NCBI GenBank assembly: GCA_963816355.1
Contig: CAWFKH010000003.1
Span: 128,001-192,000, forward strand
Length of the DNA stretch: 64,000 nucleotides
Origin: an uncultured Gemmatimonadales bacterium
Lineage (GTDB): Bacteria > Gemmatimonadota > Gemmatimonadetes > Longimicrobiales > RSA9
Direction of reading: 5' to 3'
The notes under the pieces were generated by a model. It did no database searches. It had not been told where the DNA came from and saw nothing but the letters and a program-made list of their open reading frames with translations. Both the position numbers and the translations under genes were made by a program. The first letter of the stretch is position 1; every line of letters starts with the position of its first letter. Positions 24,980 through 37,023 of this stretch are shown in pieces.

Positions 24980-26587
24980 TCAGCGCGGCTCGGCTGCCAC
25001 CCGCTTGAACTCGTTGCCGGCGAGGCGGATGGCGCTCGCGGGTCCGCCGTCGGAAGGGAAGGCGAAGGCGGCCACGAGGCCGGAGCCGCCCGCCTCGACG
25101 CGGAGCGCGTCGTGGGCGGCGTCGAACACCTCGGCGCGGCTGTGGATGACGCCGAGCGTCATCTCGAGGCCGCCCGCCACGACCCTCCAGCGCATGCGAC
25201 CCAGGAGGGCGCTCTCGTAGACGCCGGCGTAGTCCGCGAGCGGGTGCTGCAGGGGGGCGAGGCGGGCTTTGCGCTGGGCGAGCTGCTGCCCGAGACGCTG
25301 GCGGTAGGCCGCGGCCATGGCCTCCAGGGAGTCGAGGCGTGCGGCGTAGCGCGCCTCGACGTCCGGCTTGCCGAGCATGCGGTCGTAGATGTAGGTGGCG
25401 ACGAGGTCCGCCGCTGGACTGGCGGGGCCGCCGCCGTTCGTCAGCACGACGACGCCGATGTCGTGCGACGGCATGAACGACATGTGGGAGCGGTAGCCGC
25501 CGAAGCTGCCGAAACGGTGAAGAATCGTGTCCCCCTCGAAGGTCCCGAGATCCCAGCCGTACCCCCAGCCGTAGCGGTGGAACGGTCCGAACTCGGCGTC
25601 CTGGGCCACGCGCATCTCGTGCGTCGACAGCAGCGGCGCCCGAGGCAGGACGCGTTCCCCTTCGACGACGCCGCCGCTGATGTGGGCCGCGAGATAGCGG
25701 GCGAGGTCGCGGGCGGAGGCGTAGTGGCCGCCGGCGGCGTGGAGGTTGGCATCCTTCTTCTCGACCGGCAGCCGGGCGAAGCCGGTCGTCGTCGCGGCGT
25801 GGGGGTACGCGACGCGCGCGTGGTCGATGCGCGACCAGTAGGCCGACGTGTGGCTCATCCCGATGGGCGCCAGCACCTCCTTCCGCACGACGTCCTTCCA
25901 GCTCGCGCCGTAGCGCGCATCCAGGATCATCCCGAGCACGTTGTAGCCCAGGTTGTCGTAGTCGAAGGTGCCCTTGTGCCCGGTGGGCTTGTGGAATCGC
26001 AGCATTGCCGGCAGATCCGCGGGGTCGAACTGGCCCGTGTACGCCGTGACGAGCGTGATCGGGCCCTCGCCCGACAGGCCGTGCGTCATCGACAGCAGGT
26101 CGCGAACCGTGATCGCCTTCGGCTCCACGCCCTCCGCGAACCGCGCCGTCGGCAGGTAGCGGAGGATCGACGCGTCGAGGTCAATGTCGCCGCGGGCGGC
26201 GGCCAGGACCACGGCGAGCGCCGTGAACGATTTCGTGCTGGAAGCAATGTAGAAGGGCGTGTCGCCGTCGACGGGCCGGCCGGTGGCGAGGTCCGTCGTC
26301 CCGAAGCCGCGCGCGTGCGCCACGTGGCCGCCGGTGGCGACGCCGAGGGCGAGACCGGGCGTCAGCCCCGCCGCGACGACGCGGGCGGCGAAGCTGTCCA
26401 CGTCGGCGCGCCAGTCGCCGCCGATCACGGCCTGGCCGCGCGCCCCACCCGCGCCGCCGAGGAGGGCGGCGGCCACGATCGAAGCGCGAGCCGCCGTGCC
26501 CGCTCGCCGCCGCAGGAGCCCCGCCACTGCCCGGCACCGGCCCGGGATCCTCGGCCCCGTTCCTCTTCGCTCCGTTCGCCGCATCAT
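24980..26587 (-). CDS. Serine hydrolase, beta-lactamase/D-peptidase family; start uncertain
   Basis: FYIASSTKS (SxxK), FDYDNLGY (YxN), HRFGSFGGY. Confidence 0.85.
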   Translation of the reverse strand: MMRRTERRGTGPRIPGRCRAVAGLLRRRAGTAARASIVAAALLGGAGGARGQAVIGGDWRADVDSFAARVVAAGLTPGLALGVATGGHVAHARGFGTTDLATGRPVDGDTPFYIASSTKSFTALAVVLAAARGDIDLDASILRYLPTARFAEGVEPKAITVRDLLSMTHGLSGEGPITLVTAYTGQFDPADLPAMLRFHKPTGHKGTFDYDNLGYNVLGMILDARYGASWKDVVRKEVLAPIGMSHTSAYWSRIDHARVAYPHAATTTGFARLPVEKKDANLHAAGGHYASARDLARYLAAHISGGVVEGERVLPRAPLLSTHEMRVAQDAEFGPFHRYGWGYGWDLGTFEGDTILHRFGSFGGYRSHMSFMPSHDIGVVVLTNGGGPASPAADLVATYIYDRMLGKPDVEARYAARLDSLEAMAAAYRQRLGQQLAQRKARLAPLQHPLADYAGVYESALLGRMRWRVVAGGLEMTLGVIHSRAEVFDAAHDALRVEAGGSGLVAAFAFPSDGGPASAIRLAGNEFKRVAAEPR

Positions 26588-26708
26588 TCGGCCTCCGCTC
26601 CAGGCATGATCGTCCGGCACCCGCGTGCGGGACTCCGGGCAATGATACGCCTCCCCGCGAGCGGCGGCTTGAACGGATGAAACCGGGTGGGCAGTCGAGC
26701 GGCCGGCG

Positions 26709-27530
26709 TCAGGCCGTGGACCAGAGACGGCGAAATTCGCCCGGCGTCATGCCGGTCGCCCGCCGGAAGTCGCGGCAGAGGTGCGGATGATCCGCGTAGC
26801 CGGAGGCGTGCGCGACGCGCGAGATCGGCTGTCGGCTCTCCTGAATCCTCGCCGCGGCGCGCCGCAGGCGGGCGCGCTTCCGGTACTCGCCGATCGTGCA
26901 GCCGAAGTGGCGGCGGAACGCGCGCGAGACGGAGACGGGGTGCGCCCCCACCAACGCCGCGAGCTCACGCACCGCGACCGGCGCGGGGAGCTGGTCGTCG
27001 AGCGCCTCCTTCGCGCGCGCGAGCCACGGCGGAGGCGCGTCGTCGCTCGCTTCCACGCTCATCGCGGCGACGGCGTCGAGCACGACCTCCTCGATCTCCG
27101 TGCGGGGGTCGCGATCGCGGCGGGGGCCGTCGCCCGCGCCTTCCCGGCGTCGCACCGTTCGCGCGAGCGCCAGGAGCGGCCGCGCGGCCACTCCGCCGTG
27201 GATCCAGCGCCAGGCGTCGAACGCGCGCCCCGCCTCCCCTTCCAGCGCGTCCGCGTCGAAGACGATCTGGAGCGTTCGCGCGCCGCGGTAGCCGACCTCG
27301 TTCGCGTGCTCGACGCCGGCCGGCTTGGCGACGACGCTCAGCGGGCCCGCGTGCTCGTCGCGCCGTCCCACGCGCTCGCTGAGCGAGCCGGCGACCACGA
27401 GCGTCAGGCTCGTCTCCGCGTGGGCGTGCGGTGGCAGCGCGAATGCCGGCGGATAGCGGATCTCGCGCACCTGGAAGGCACCCGCCACGAAGCAGGGTCC
27501 CACGATGACGGCGGACGACTTCGGCTGCAT
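26709..27530 (-). CDS. AraC-family transcriptional regulator (cupin + HTH)
   Basis: PHAH cupin; HPVSVSRAFRRHFG; GYADHPHLCRDFRRATGMTP. Confidence 0.9.
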   Translation of the reverse strand: MQPKSSAVIVGPCFVAGAFQVREIRYPPAFALPPHAHAETSLTLVVAGSLSERVGRRDEHAGPLSVVAKPAGVEHANEVGYRGARTLQIVFDADALEGEAGRAFDAWRWIHGGVAARPLLALARTVRRREGAGDGPRRDRDPRTEIEEVVLDAVAAMSVEASDDAPPPWLARAKEALDDQLPAPVAVRELAALVGAHPVSVSRAFRRHFGCTIGEYRKRARLRRAAARIQESRQPISRVAHASGYADHPHLCRDFRRATGMTPGEFRRLWSTA

Positions 27531-27630
27531 GGACGTCCGTACGCGGGGAACGGCGGCCGGGGTTCACGTCGGCTCACCGGCGGGTGGCCGGCGTCGGGAC
27601 GGCGCGCGCGGCGGCGGTGGCCGCGGCAAC

Positions 27631-28988
<1,358 letters not shown>

Positions 28989-28992
<4 letters not shown>

Positions 28993-31043
28993 CGGTCCAC
29001 CTCCCCTTCGTCGCCGGCCGCGCCGCCGTTCCCGGCGAGCGGCAGCGCGATCGTGAACGAGGAGCCCTCTCCCACGCGGCTGCGCACGTCGATGCGGCCC
29101 CGGTGCCGCTCGACGATCTCGCGCGTGATCGACAGCCCCAGGCCGGTGCCCGCGTGGCGGGTCGTGAAGAACGGCTTGAAGATGTGCTCCAGCGTCTCCG
29201 GCGCCATGCCGCTCCCGGTGTCGCGCACGAAGAGCCTCGCCTCGCCCGGCACTTCCGCCGTGCCCACCGTCACGCGGCCGCCCTCCGACGTCGCGTGGAT
29301 CGCGTTCATCAGCAGATTCACCACCGCCTGCTGCATCAGCTCCGGGTCGACCGGGACCGGCGGCAGCTCGGGATCGAGCGCCACGTCGAGCGCGACGCCC
29401 GCCCGCTCCGCCGCCGGACGCACGAGGCGCACCGCGCGCTCCACGATCTCGGCGCCCTCCGTCGGCGTGAGCGTCGGCGTCGCGGGCCGCGCGAAGGCAA
29501 GGAGGTCCCGGATCGCGACGTCGATCCGGTGCAGCTCGCGCGCGATCTCCTCCAGGATCGGCGAGAGCGCCGCGTCGTGCCCCAGCCGGCGCTGGACCAG
29601 CTCGAGGCCGTTGGAGATGCCGATCAGCGGGTTCTTGATCTCGTGCGCGACGCCGCTCGCCAGCTCGCCCACCGTGGCGAGCTGGTGCGCGCGGCCGATC
29701 TCGCGCTGGTGCAGCTCCTCGACCCGGGCGGACGTCTCCGCGAGCTGGGCGGTCATCTCGTTGAAGGCCCGGCCGAGCTCGTCGATCTCGTCGCGACCCG
29801 CCGCGTCGACCCGCACCGAGAGGTCGCCGGCCCCCACGCGGCGCGTCGCCACGACGAGCCGCCGCACCGGCGCGACGACGCCGCCCGCCACGATCCAGGC
29901 GCCGACCACCAGCACCAGCGCGAAGAGCAGCGCGAAGTACAGCGATATCGTGCGCAGCCGCTGCAGCGGCCCGACCGTGTCCTTCACCGGCGCCTCGATC
30001 AGGTAGCGCCACGGCAGGCCCGCCACCGCGACACTGTAGCCGATCACCGCTTTGCCGCCGCGGTCCGCGTACTGGACGAACGTGCCCGGCGCGCCCCGCA
30101 GCGGCGGCGCCGCCAGCGGACGCGCGTAGTCCGGCTCGCCGTGCGCGTGCGAGATGAAGATCGGCACGCCGTCCGCGTCCACGATGAAGCTCTCGATGCT
30201 TCCGGCCAGGTGCGGCGGGATCTCCAGCAGCTTCTCCATGCCGTGGGGCCCGATCACGCCCCCGAGATAGGCCACCAGCGCGCCATCCTCGCCCGTGACC
30301 GGGACGAGCGCGCGGTATCGCGGCGGCGACGTCGTCGTCCGCGAGCGCGACAGCTCCTCGAATCCGCCTCCTCGCCCGCGCCGCTCCGCCGGCCCGCCGT
30401 TCCACCGCGCGAGCGCCGCCGCGACCATCGTCGGCGCCGGGTCCGTTCCGGCACCGGCGACCACGCCGCCGCCCTCTGGCAGGAGCAGGAAGAGCGCCTC
30501 GAACGCCGGCAGCTCGGCGAGCTTGCGCGCGAGATACGCCCGCACCGCCTCCGGTGTCGCGGCCTCCCCCATCGCCAGCACGCTGCCACCCCTTCCGCGC
30601 CGCGCCGCGGGCGGCGTCGCGCCGCCGACCCCGCCCGCGCCGCCGGCGGCCGCCGCCCGCGGGGAGCCCGTCCCCGACGCGCCGCCCCCCCCTTCCGCCG
30701 CCAGGCGAGCCGCACCCGCCGCCAGGAACGCGTTTCCCCCCGCGATCGTCTGCAGGCTCAGCAGCTGCCGGTCCACCTCGCCTCGGATGTGCTGAGCCTC
30801 CACCCCCGCGATCGTGGATAGGTAGCGCCCCGCCAGCCGCTCGATGATGCCGCGGCTGCGCAGGTAGCCGGTGCCGTTCGTCACCAGCAGCGGCAACAGC
30901 GAAAAGACCAGGAACCAGCCGAGCAGACGACGGCCCAGCGGGCCGGCGACCGGCGTGCGGTCCGCGCGCGGAGCCGCGGCGTGCGCGTCGCCCGCGTCGC
31001 CGGCTGCTGCTGCCGGCCTGCCGGCGTCGACTTCGTCCGTCAT
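28989..31043 (-). CDS. Membrane sensor histidine kinase (periplasmic Cache-like region, HAMP, HisKA, HATPase)
   Basis: Two TM segments; HAMP (PVRRL...GDL...DEIDELGRAFNEM); VAHEIKNPL; GTGLGL. Confidence 0.9.
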
Positions 31044-31068
31044 CGCCCGTTCCGCGTGATCGAGGGAG

Positions 31069-31084
31069 CGGGGCATTTGCCCCA
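31069..31084. promoter_or_regulatory. Palindromic box upstream of the kinase gene
   Basis: GGGGCA-TT-TGCCCC; shares the 11-mer CATTTGCCCCA with 39585-39595 (opposite strand). Confidence 0.5.
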
Positions 31085-31185
31085 GCTCACGCTAACGCCG
31101 CGCCGGCGGGAGGGCAAAGGGGACGTGCGCGGCGCGGGCGGCCGCGTGCGATCCGCCGGCGGGGTGGGCGGGCGGACCGGGCCGG

Positions 31186-32265
31186 TCATTTCGTGGCGCT
31201 GACGGCGTAGCCGAGCGCCGTGAAGATCATGATGTAGGCGAGGGCGCCGCAGGCGAGGATGGTGCCGGTGCGGGGGTGCTCTCCGTCGGCGCGCGGACGG
31301 TCGAGGAAGGGGACGACGAGGAGGACGGCGCCGGCGAGGCCGAAGGCGACGATTCCGAGGAGGTCGCCCTCGATGCCGGCGATGCGGGCGGGCAGCATCT
31401 TGAGGGTCTGGAACATGAACATGAAGTACCATTCGGGCCGGATGCCGGCGGGGGCGGGGGCGAAGGGGTCGGCCTTCTGTCCGAGCTCGGCGGGGAAGAA
31501 GGCGGCGAGGCTGGCGAGGAGCGCGAGGGCGAGGAGCCAGCCGACGAGATCGCGGAGGAGGAAGTTGGGGACGAAGGGCACGGAGCGCGGCTGGCCGTGG
31601 CGCTCGACGCTGCGGGGGACGCTCATGCCGTGGCGCTGCACGAGGACGACGTGGAGCGCGACGGTAAGGATGGCGAGGCCGGGCAGGACGGAGATGTGGA
31701 GCGCGTAGAAGCGGGTGAGGGTGGCGCCGGTGATGTCGTCGCCGCCGCGCATGAGGCGGAGGATGAAGGGACCGACGACGGGCATGACGCCGGGGATCGA
31801 GGTTCCGACGCGGGTGGCGAAGAACGAGAGCGTGTTCCAGGGCAGCAGGTAGCCGGTGAAGCCGAGGCCGAGGACGATGCCGAAGAGGGCGACGCCGCTG
31901 ATCCAGGTGAACTCACGGGGGGCGCGGAACGCCTTGAGGATGAGGACGCTGAAGAGGTGGACGAAGAGGGTGAGGATCATGAGGTTGGCTCCCCACGCGT
32001 GGATCGAGCGGATGAGCCAGCCGAACTTGACGTCGGACATCAGGAACTGAACGGATTCGTAGGCTTCGCCGGCGCTCGGCCGGTAGTAGAAGAGGAGCAG
32101 GATGCCGGTGGCGACCTGGATCATGAACTGGAAGAGCAGCATGCCGCCGAGGTAGTACCAGACGCTGTGGCGGTGGACGGGGATGCGCTTCTTCTGGATG
32201 ATGTGCGTGAGGGCGCCGAAGCCGATGCGGTCGGCGAGCCAGAGGCGAGTGCGCTCGATCCCCAT
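31186..32265 (-). CDS. Cytochrome b of a Rieske/cyt b complex (unsplit)
   Basis: [44 protein letters not shown], Qo motif PEWY. Confidence 0.95.
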   Translation of the reverse strand: MGIERTRLWLADRIGFGALTHIIQKKRIPVHRHSVWYYLGGMLLFQFMIQVATGILLLFYYRPSAGEAYESVQFLMSDVKFGWLIRSIHAWGANLMILTLFVHLFSVLILKAFRAPREFTWISGVALFGIVLGLGFTGYLLPWNTLSFFATRVGTSIPGVMPVVGPFILRLMRGGDDITGATLTRFYALHISVLPGLAILTVALHVVLVQRHGMSVPRSVERHGQPRSVPFVPNFLLRDLVGWLLALALLASLAAFFPAELGQKADPFAPAPAGIRPEWYFMFMFQTLKMLPARIAGIEGDLLGIVAFGLAGAVLLVVPFLDRPRADGEHPRTGTILACGALAYIMIFTALGYAVSATK

Positions 32266-32270
32266 CGTTC

Positions 32271-32726
32271 TCACGCCTTCCTGCTGACCACGATCTGGTC
32301 GCCGCGCACGTTGACGTCGAACGGCGTGAGGGGCGAGGGCGGCGGGCCGGAGACGTTGCGGCCGTTGAGGTCGTAGTGGCCGTTGTGGCAGGCGCACCAG
32401 ATCTGGCCGAAGTCGGGGCGGTACTGCACGGTGCAGCCGAGATGGGTGCAGATCGCGGAGAAGGCGCGGAGCTCACCGGAGGCCGTCTTGATGAGGATGC
32501 CGGGCTTGGTGCCGAACTTGAAGATCGTGCCGGAGCCGGGCGCGAGGTCGGACGGCTTCATCGACAGCGTGACGGTGGCGGACGCGGACTCCGTGACTTC
32601 GGGCGGGACGAGATAGCGGCCGACCGGGTAGAGGACGGAGGCGGCGAGGCCGCCGGCGCTGGTGCCGAGGAGCCAGCCCAGGAACCGCTTCCTGGAGAGG
32701 CGCGGCGGGTCGGAGAAGAGCAGCAT
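32271..32726 (-). CDS. Rieske 2Fe-2S protein
   Basis: CTHLGC and CACHNGHY boxes; GPPPSPL; Tat-like SRKRFL plus TM anchor. Confidence 0.95.
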   Translation of the reverse strand: MLLFSDPPRLSRKRFLGWLLGTSAGGLAASVLYPVGRYLVPPEVTESASATVTLSMKPSDLAPGSGTIFKFGTKPGILIKTASGELRAFSAICTHLGCTVQYRPDFGQIWCACHNGHYDLNGRNVSGPPPSPLTPFDVNVRGDQIVVSRKA

Positions 32727-32729
32727 CGG

Positions 32730-34106
32730 TCAGCTCGTCACGTTCGGGTTGGCGGTCGGCGCGGCGGGCGTGCCGCCGTCGCGATCCTGGCCCGCCGCGC
32801 GCCGGTCCACCTCCCGGATCGCGAGCAGCAGTCCGAAGACGAGGAGAAGGATCAGCGACACCGAGAGCGCGAGTCCGATGCGGCGGAAGCGGTGATCGGC
32901 GAGCGCGGCGCGGGCGCGGAGGGCGGCGGCGGCCGTGATCGTCAATCCGGCGTCCACGCCGGTGGCGACGGAATCGACGTGGAAGGAGTGGATGGCGGAG
33001 CGCGCCTTGGTGAGCTCGGTGCCGGCGTCGGTCAGCTCGAACTGCGCCTGGCTCACCTCCATGCCGAGGTTGGCCGCTTCGTGAAGCATGGCATCGCTCC
33101 GGGCGATCGAGGCGCGTAGCGAGTCGATGAGGGTGCGCATCGCGCCGAACTCGGCCCCGAGTGTGTCGCCGCTCTCATGGCAACGGCGGCAGACCGCCTG
33201 CTGTCGGTCCGCGAGGAAATCGTCGTCGGGGTGCCGGACGCCGTGGTTGCCGTGGCACGTCTCGCAGCCGGGCAGCTTCCCCTGCTCGAACAGCTTCACG
33301 TGGCCGCTCGCCGCGAACATCGCGGCGTTGGTGGCGTGGCACTGACCGCACACGTTGCGGACCGACGCGATGCCGGGCGGTGTCGCGCCGTGGTTGCCGT
33401 GGCAGTCGTTGCAGGTGGGGGCCGAGAGGTCGCCGTCTTCGTAGAGCTTCCTGCCGTGGACGCTGCCGCGGTACTCCTGGAGCTGCCCGGTCGGGATGCC
33501 GTAGGGCGCCATGCGCTTCGGGTCGGCGTGGCAGCGGCCGCAGGTGCGCGCCACGTTCGTCGCGTGGACGCTCGAGTTGGGGTCCGACGGCGGCCGGATG
33601 TCGTGCGCCGGGTGGCAGTCGATGCACGTCGCGACGCGGTCGTCGCCGAACTCCTTGAGGCGCCGGCCGTGAACGGACGTCCAGTACTCCGTCACCTGGT
33701 CGATGCGCAACGACGGGTTGTAGCGCTTCATGAACTCCGCGTCGGAGTGGCAGCGGCCGCACAGCGCGGGGATGTCGGCGCGGGCAGGCCGCCGCAGGAA
33801 GCCGGCGCCCGGATCGATCGACTTGGGCCCGGTGCGCGCGGCGACGCCGTGGCAGTCGACGCAGCCGAATCCCTTCTGCGCGTGGATGTCGCCCTTGAAC
33901 AGCTTCGCGGGGCGGGAGAGGCGGGCGTCGGGCAGACGCGCGTGGCACGCGACGCACTTCGCGGAGCTGGGCGGGCCCTGCGCGCGCGCGGCGGCGGGCG
34001 GAGCGAACAGCGCGGCGAGCGCGAGGGCGGCCGCGGCGAGCGCGCGGCGAGCGCGCCGGGCGGTGCAGGAGACCGGGAGGCGTGGTGGAGTCCAGCGCGC
34101 GGTCAT
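32730..34106 (-). CDS. Multiheme cytochrome c (9 CXXCH) with C-terminal helical region and TM anchor
   Basis: CVACH, CVDCH, CGRCH, CIDCH, CGRCH, CNDCH, CGQCH, CETCH, CRRCH; signal peptide; C-terminal IGLALSVSLILLLVFGLLL. Confidence 0.9.
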   Translation of the reverse strand: MTARWTPPRLPVSCTARRARRALAAAALALAALFAPPAAARAQGPPSSAKCVACHARLPDARLSRPAKLFKGDIHAQKGFGCVDCHGVAARTGPKSIDPGAGFLRRPARADIPALCGRCHSDAEFMKRYNPSLRIDQVTEYWTSVHGRRLKEFGDDRVATCIDCHPAHDIRPPSDPNSSVHATNVARTCGRCHADPKRMAPYGIPTGQLQEYRGSVHGRKLYEDGDLSAPTCNDCHGNHGATPPGIASVRNVCGQCHATNAAMFAASGHVKLFEQGKLPGCETCHGNHGVRHPDDDFLADRQQAVCRRCHESGDTLGAEFGAMRTLIDSLRASIARSDAMLHEAANLGMEVSQAQFELTDAGTELTKARSAIHSFHVDSVATGVDAGLTITAAAALRARAALADHRFRRIGLALSVSLILLLVFGLLLAIREVDRRAAGQDRDGGTPAAPTANPNVTS

Positions 34107-35524
34107 CGGCCGCCTCCGCGTGAGCCCGCGAGCTGGGCGATGGTGTGGCAGCGCAGGCAAGAGGCGACGTTGCGATCCTGCTGGCGGGCCGGGTCGAACG
34201 CGGCGCCGTGCGGGTTGACGCCCCAGCCGCCGTTGGCGGAGTGGCAGCGGGTGCAGTCGGTCTGGGTGTGGCAGGCGGTGCAGCCCTCGAGGCCCTGGCG
34301 CGCCGCCTGGCCGTGCGAGAGCAGCCACAGCGGCTGCGTGCCATGGAAGGCGGCGCCGGAGCGACCCGCCTGCGCGACGCCGGCGCTGCAATGGCAGGCG
34401 CGGCAGAACGTCTCCGTGTTGTGGCAGGCGGTGCACTCCGTGTCGGAGGCCCACACGTCGGTGCCGTGGCGCTCGAGGAAGTCGGATGCGTGGAACGCGG
34501 AGCGCGTCGGCGAGCGGTGGCAGTCGGTGCAGAAGGAGCGCGCGTGGCACGCTTCGCAGTTCGTGCCGGCGGCGGCGTCCGTCGCGTGCTGCGAGACAAA
34601 GCGCGGCGGGTGCACGCTCGCGGCGGGCAGCCGCACGCCACGCGGATCGGAGGGCGCCGGAGCGGGAATGGCGTCCAGCGCGCGCAGCTCGCCCTGCCTG
34701 TGGCAGCTCCGACAGCTCGCGCGCGTGTGGCAGTCCGCGCAGCCCACGGCGTGGGCCGCGGCCTGCGCGCCGTGCCCCCACTTCCACGTCGCGCCGTGGC
34801 TCGCGGGCTTCGGGTAGGAGGGAGCGCGGCCCGCGACGAGCGCGGCCACCCGGGAATCGCGTGCGAGTGCGGTGACGGCGGGGATGCGGGCGGCGTCGAG
34901 ATGGCAGCGCTCGCAGCTTTCGCGCGCGTGACAGACGGCGCACGTCGTCGCCGCGACGTCGGCCGTGGGGCCGTGCGTGTGCAGGAAATCGGCGGCGCCG
35001 TGGCTCGCGGGGCGCGGGAACGCCGCAATGCGCTCCGCCGCGAGCGACGTCGCCTGCGTGAGCGCCACGTGGCACTGGCGGCAGTCGACGCGGGAATCAA
35101 TGTGGCCCGCGGCGGCGGTGTGGCAGACGGCGCAGTCCCGCTGCACCGGCCGCCCCACGTTCATCGCCCCGCTCTCGCCCGGCGCGCGGTGACACGCGAC
35201 GCACTCCGGCGCGCGGCCGCCGGCCGCGCTCGCCGTCGCGTGGCGCTGGTGCGAGAAGTGGAGGTTCGACGGCGTGTGGGTGCGCGCCGGCACCGCGACG
35301 CGCGGGCGCGACTGGCCGTCGTGGCAGCGGGCGCACAGCTCGGCGGGGGGGAAGACGTCCGCCGCCACGCCGGACTCGATGCCGCGGTGGCAGCCGACGC
35401 ACAGCGGGAAGAGCCCCTCGTGGCGCGCGTGGGGGAAGCGGCCGCCGCCGCTCTGCGCGCTCGCGGCGGCCGGAATCGAAACCGCGACGAGGGCGAGCAG
35501 GAGCGCCAGCCTCCGGCCGCTCAT
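34103..35524 (-). CDS. Exported multiheme cytochrome c (16 CXXCH)
   Basis: Signal peptide ending ASA-Q; 16 CXXCH counted in 473 aa; ATGA overlaps on both sides. Confidence 0.9.
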   Translation of the reverse strand: MSGRRLALLLALVAVSIPAAASAQSGGGRFPHARHEGLFPLCVGCHRGIESGVAADVFPPAELCARCHDGQSRPRVAVPARTHTPSNLHFSHQRHATASAAGGRAPECVACHRAPGESGAMNVGRPVQRDCAVCHTAAAGHIDSRVDCRQCHVALTQATSLAAERIAAFPRPASHGAADFLHTHGPTADVAATTCAVCHARESCERCHLDAARIPAVTALARDSRVAALVAGRAPSYPKPASHGATWKWGHGAQAAAHAVGCADCHTRASCRSCHRQGELRALDAIPAPAPSDPRGVRLPAASVHPPRFVSQHATDAAAGTNCEACHARSFCTDCHRSPTRSAFHASDFLERHGTDVWASDTECTACHNTETFCRACHCSAGVAQAGRSGAAFHGTQPLWLLSHGQAARQGLEGCTACHTQTDCTRCHSANGGWGVNPHGAAFDPARQQDRNVASCLRCHTIAQLAGSRGGGR

Positions 35525-37023
35525 CGTCCCGCTCCCGCGGAAGCGCCCGGCTCGGTGCCGACGGTCCAGCCGATCCACAGCGAGCCGCGGATCTGGTTCC
35601 AGTCGGCACCGACGGAGGGGCCGCGGCCGAACTGCCGGTAGCCGGCGGCGGAGCCGCCCAGCTCGGCGCGACCCCCCAGTCGAGCGCCGAAATCGATGTC
35701 CACGCCCGCCACCGTGCCTTCGTCCACGCGCAGCTCGGACGCGCGCTGGAAGGCGACGGCGCCGAGGCCGACGAACGCGCCGCCGCCCAGCGCGCGGCGC
35801 GCCCGCACGCTGGCGTCGCTCAGGCCCGTGCCGAAGCCGATCTCGGAGGCGAAGCGCCCCTCGAAGCTCCACGCCGGGAGCGGGTCGAGCGTGGCCGCCG
35901 CGGCGATGCGCCAGCCGGCGGAGCGGAGCGGCGCGAAGGAGAGGCCGGCGCCGGTGTCGGGATAGCGGCGCCGGGAGGCGTCGAGCTGCAGGCCGAGCGG
36001 CGCCCCCGGCCGGCGCCACACGGCGCCCGCGCCCGCCTCCTCGAAGCCGACGGGCGAGAAGGCGCCCCAGATCGTCCACAGGTCGAAGTACGGCTCGTGC
36101 CGCCGGACGAAGCCGTGCAGCGAGAGGGCCGGCGAGGCGACGACGTCGGCGCGCAGGCGAAGCTCGTTCAGAACGCGGGAAGCGACGTCCTCGTCGATGG
36201 CGCCGCTCAGCATGGCGCGGGAGAGCCGCCACACGCCGTCGAAGGCGAAGCGCTCGGAGTAGAGGCCGAGGCGGTCGCTGCGGATCTCGCGCTGGTAGAC
36301 GACGCCGAGGGAGGGTCCGCCGCGCGGCCGCGCGCGGAGCTGCACGCCGAAGAGCAGGCCGCGCGCGTCCGGCGCGAAGCTCTCGACGGCCGCGAGCGCG
36401 TCGCTCGTCACGGGAGCGTCGAGGCCGCGGGCCAGGCTCCAGCCGGCGTAGCCTTCGGCGCTCAGCCAGCGCGTGGCCCGCAGCAGGAGATCGGCGCCAT
36501 CGTAGTTGTAGTAGCCGAGCCCGGTCGTCTGCCACTGCCGCCCGGCGCGCGCGCGGAAGCGTTCCCGGTCGAGCTCGACGTACGCCTCGAGCGCGTCGAA
36601 GGCGCGATCCGCCTGCGGCCACATCCCGTGGTCGCCACCGATCACGGTGCGGCCGCGCAGGTGCGCGTACGCGCGCACGCCGCGACCGAATCCCCATCCG
36701 CTCAGCCACAGGTCCTGCGTCGCCGGCACGGAGGAGATCGCCGCCCCGCTGCGGAAGTAGCGGCAGACGTCGTCTCCGGGGACGCACTGGACCGGCACGC
36801 CGTCCACGGAGCGGCGCAGGACGCCGTCGCCAAGCGTCCGCGACACGGGGACGCTGTCGATCTCCAGCACGTGCACGTCCACGTAGCGGAAGGTGGTGAG
36901 GCCGCGCACCCGCACCGCCTGCGCGCGAAGCGGCGGCGCGAGCGCGGTGGCGGCGCCGGCGAGCGCGCCGGCGAGCGCGATCGAGGTCGCAAACGACGTC
37001 GTCGATCGCGCACGTGGCGTCAT
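35521..37023 (-). CDS. Putative outer-membrane beta-barrel (porin-like) protein
   Basis: Signal peptide, no heme motifs, many alternating amphipathic strands rich in G/aromatic/R (AYVELDRERFRARAGRQW, WSFEGRFASEIGFG, IRGSLWIGWTVG); lies between multiheme genes. Confidence 0.65.
   Translation of the reverse strand: MTPRARSTTSFATSIALAGALAGAATALAPPLRAQAVRVRGLTTFRYVDVHVLEIDSVPVSRTLGDGVLRRSVDGVPVQCVPGDDVCRYFRSGAAISSVPATQDLWLSGWGFGRGVRAYAHLRGRTVIGGDHGMWPQADRAFDALEAYVELDRERFRARAGRQWQTTGLGYYNYDGADLLLRATRWLSAEGYAGWSLARGLDAPVTSDALAAVESFAPDARGLLFGVQLRARPRGGPSLGVVYQREIRSDRLGLYSERFAFDGVWRLSRAMLSGAIDEDVASRVLNELRLRADVVASPALSLHGFVRRHEPYFDLWTIWGAFSPVGFEEAGAGAVWRRPGAPLGLQLDASRRRYPDTGAGLSFAPLRSAGWRIAAAATLDPLPAWSFEGRFASEIGFGTGLSDASVRARRALGGGAFVGLGAVAFQRASELRVDEGTVAGVDIDFGARLGGRAELGGSAAGYRQFGRGPSVGADWNQIRGSLWIGWTVGTEPGASAGAGR

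Noticed and set aside
34103..37023. Naming these genes mtrA/mtrB
   Set aside because: 16 hemes rather than 10, a shorter barrel candidate (500 aa) without a terminal Phe, and no recognisable MtrA/MtrB sequence
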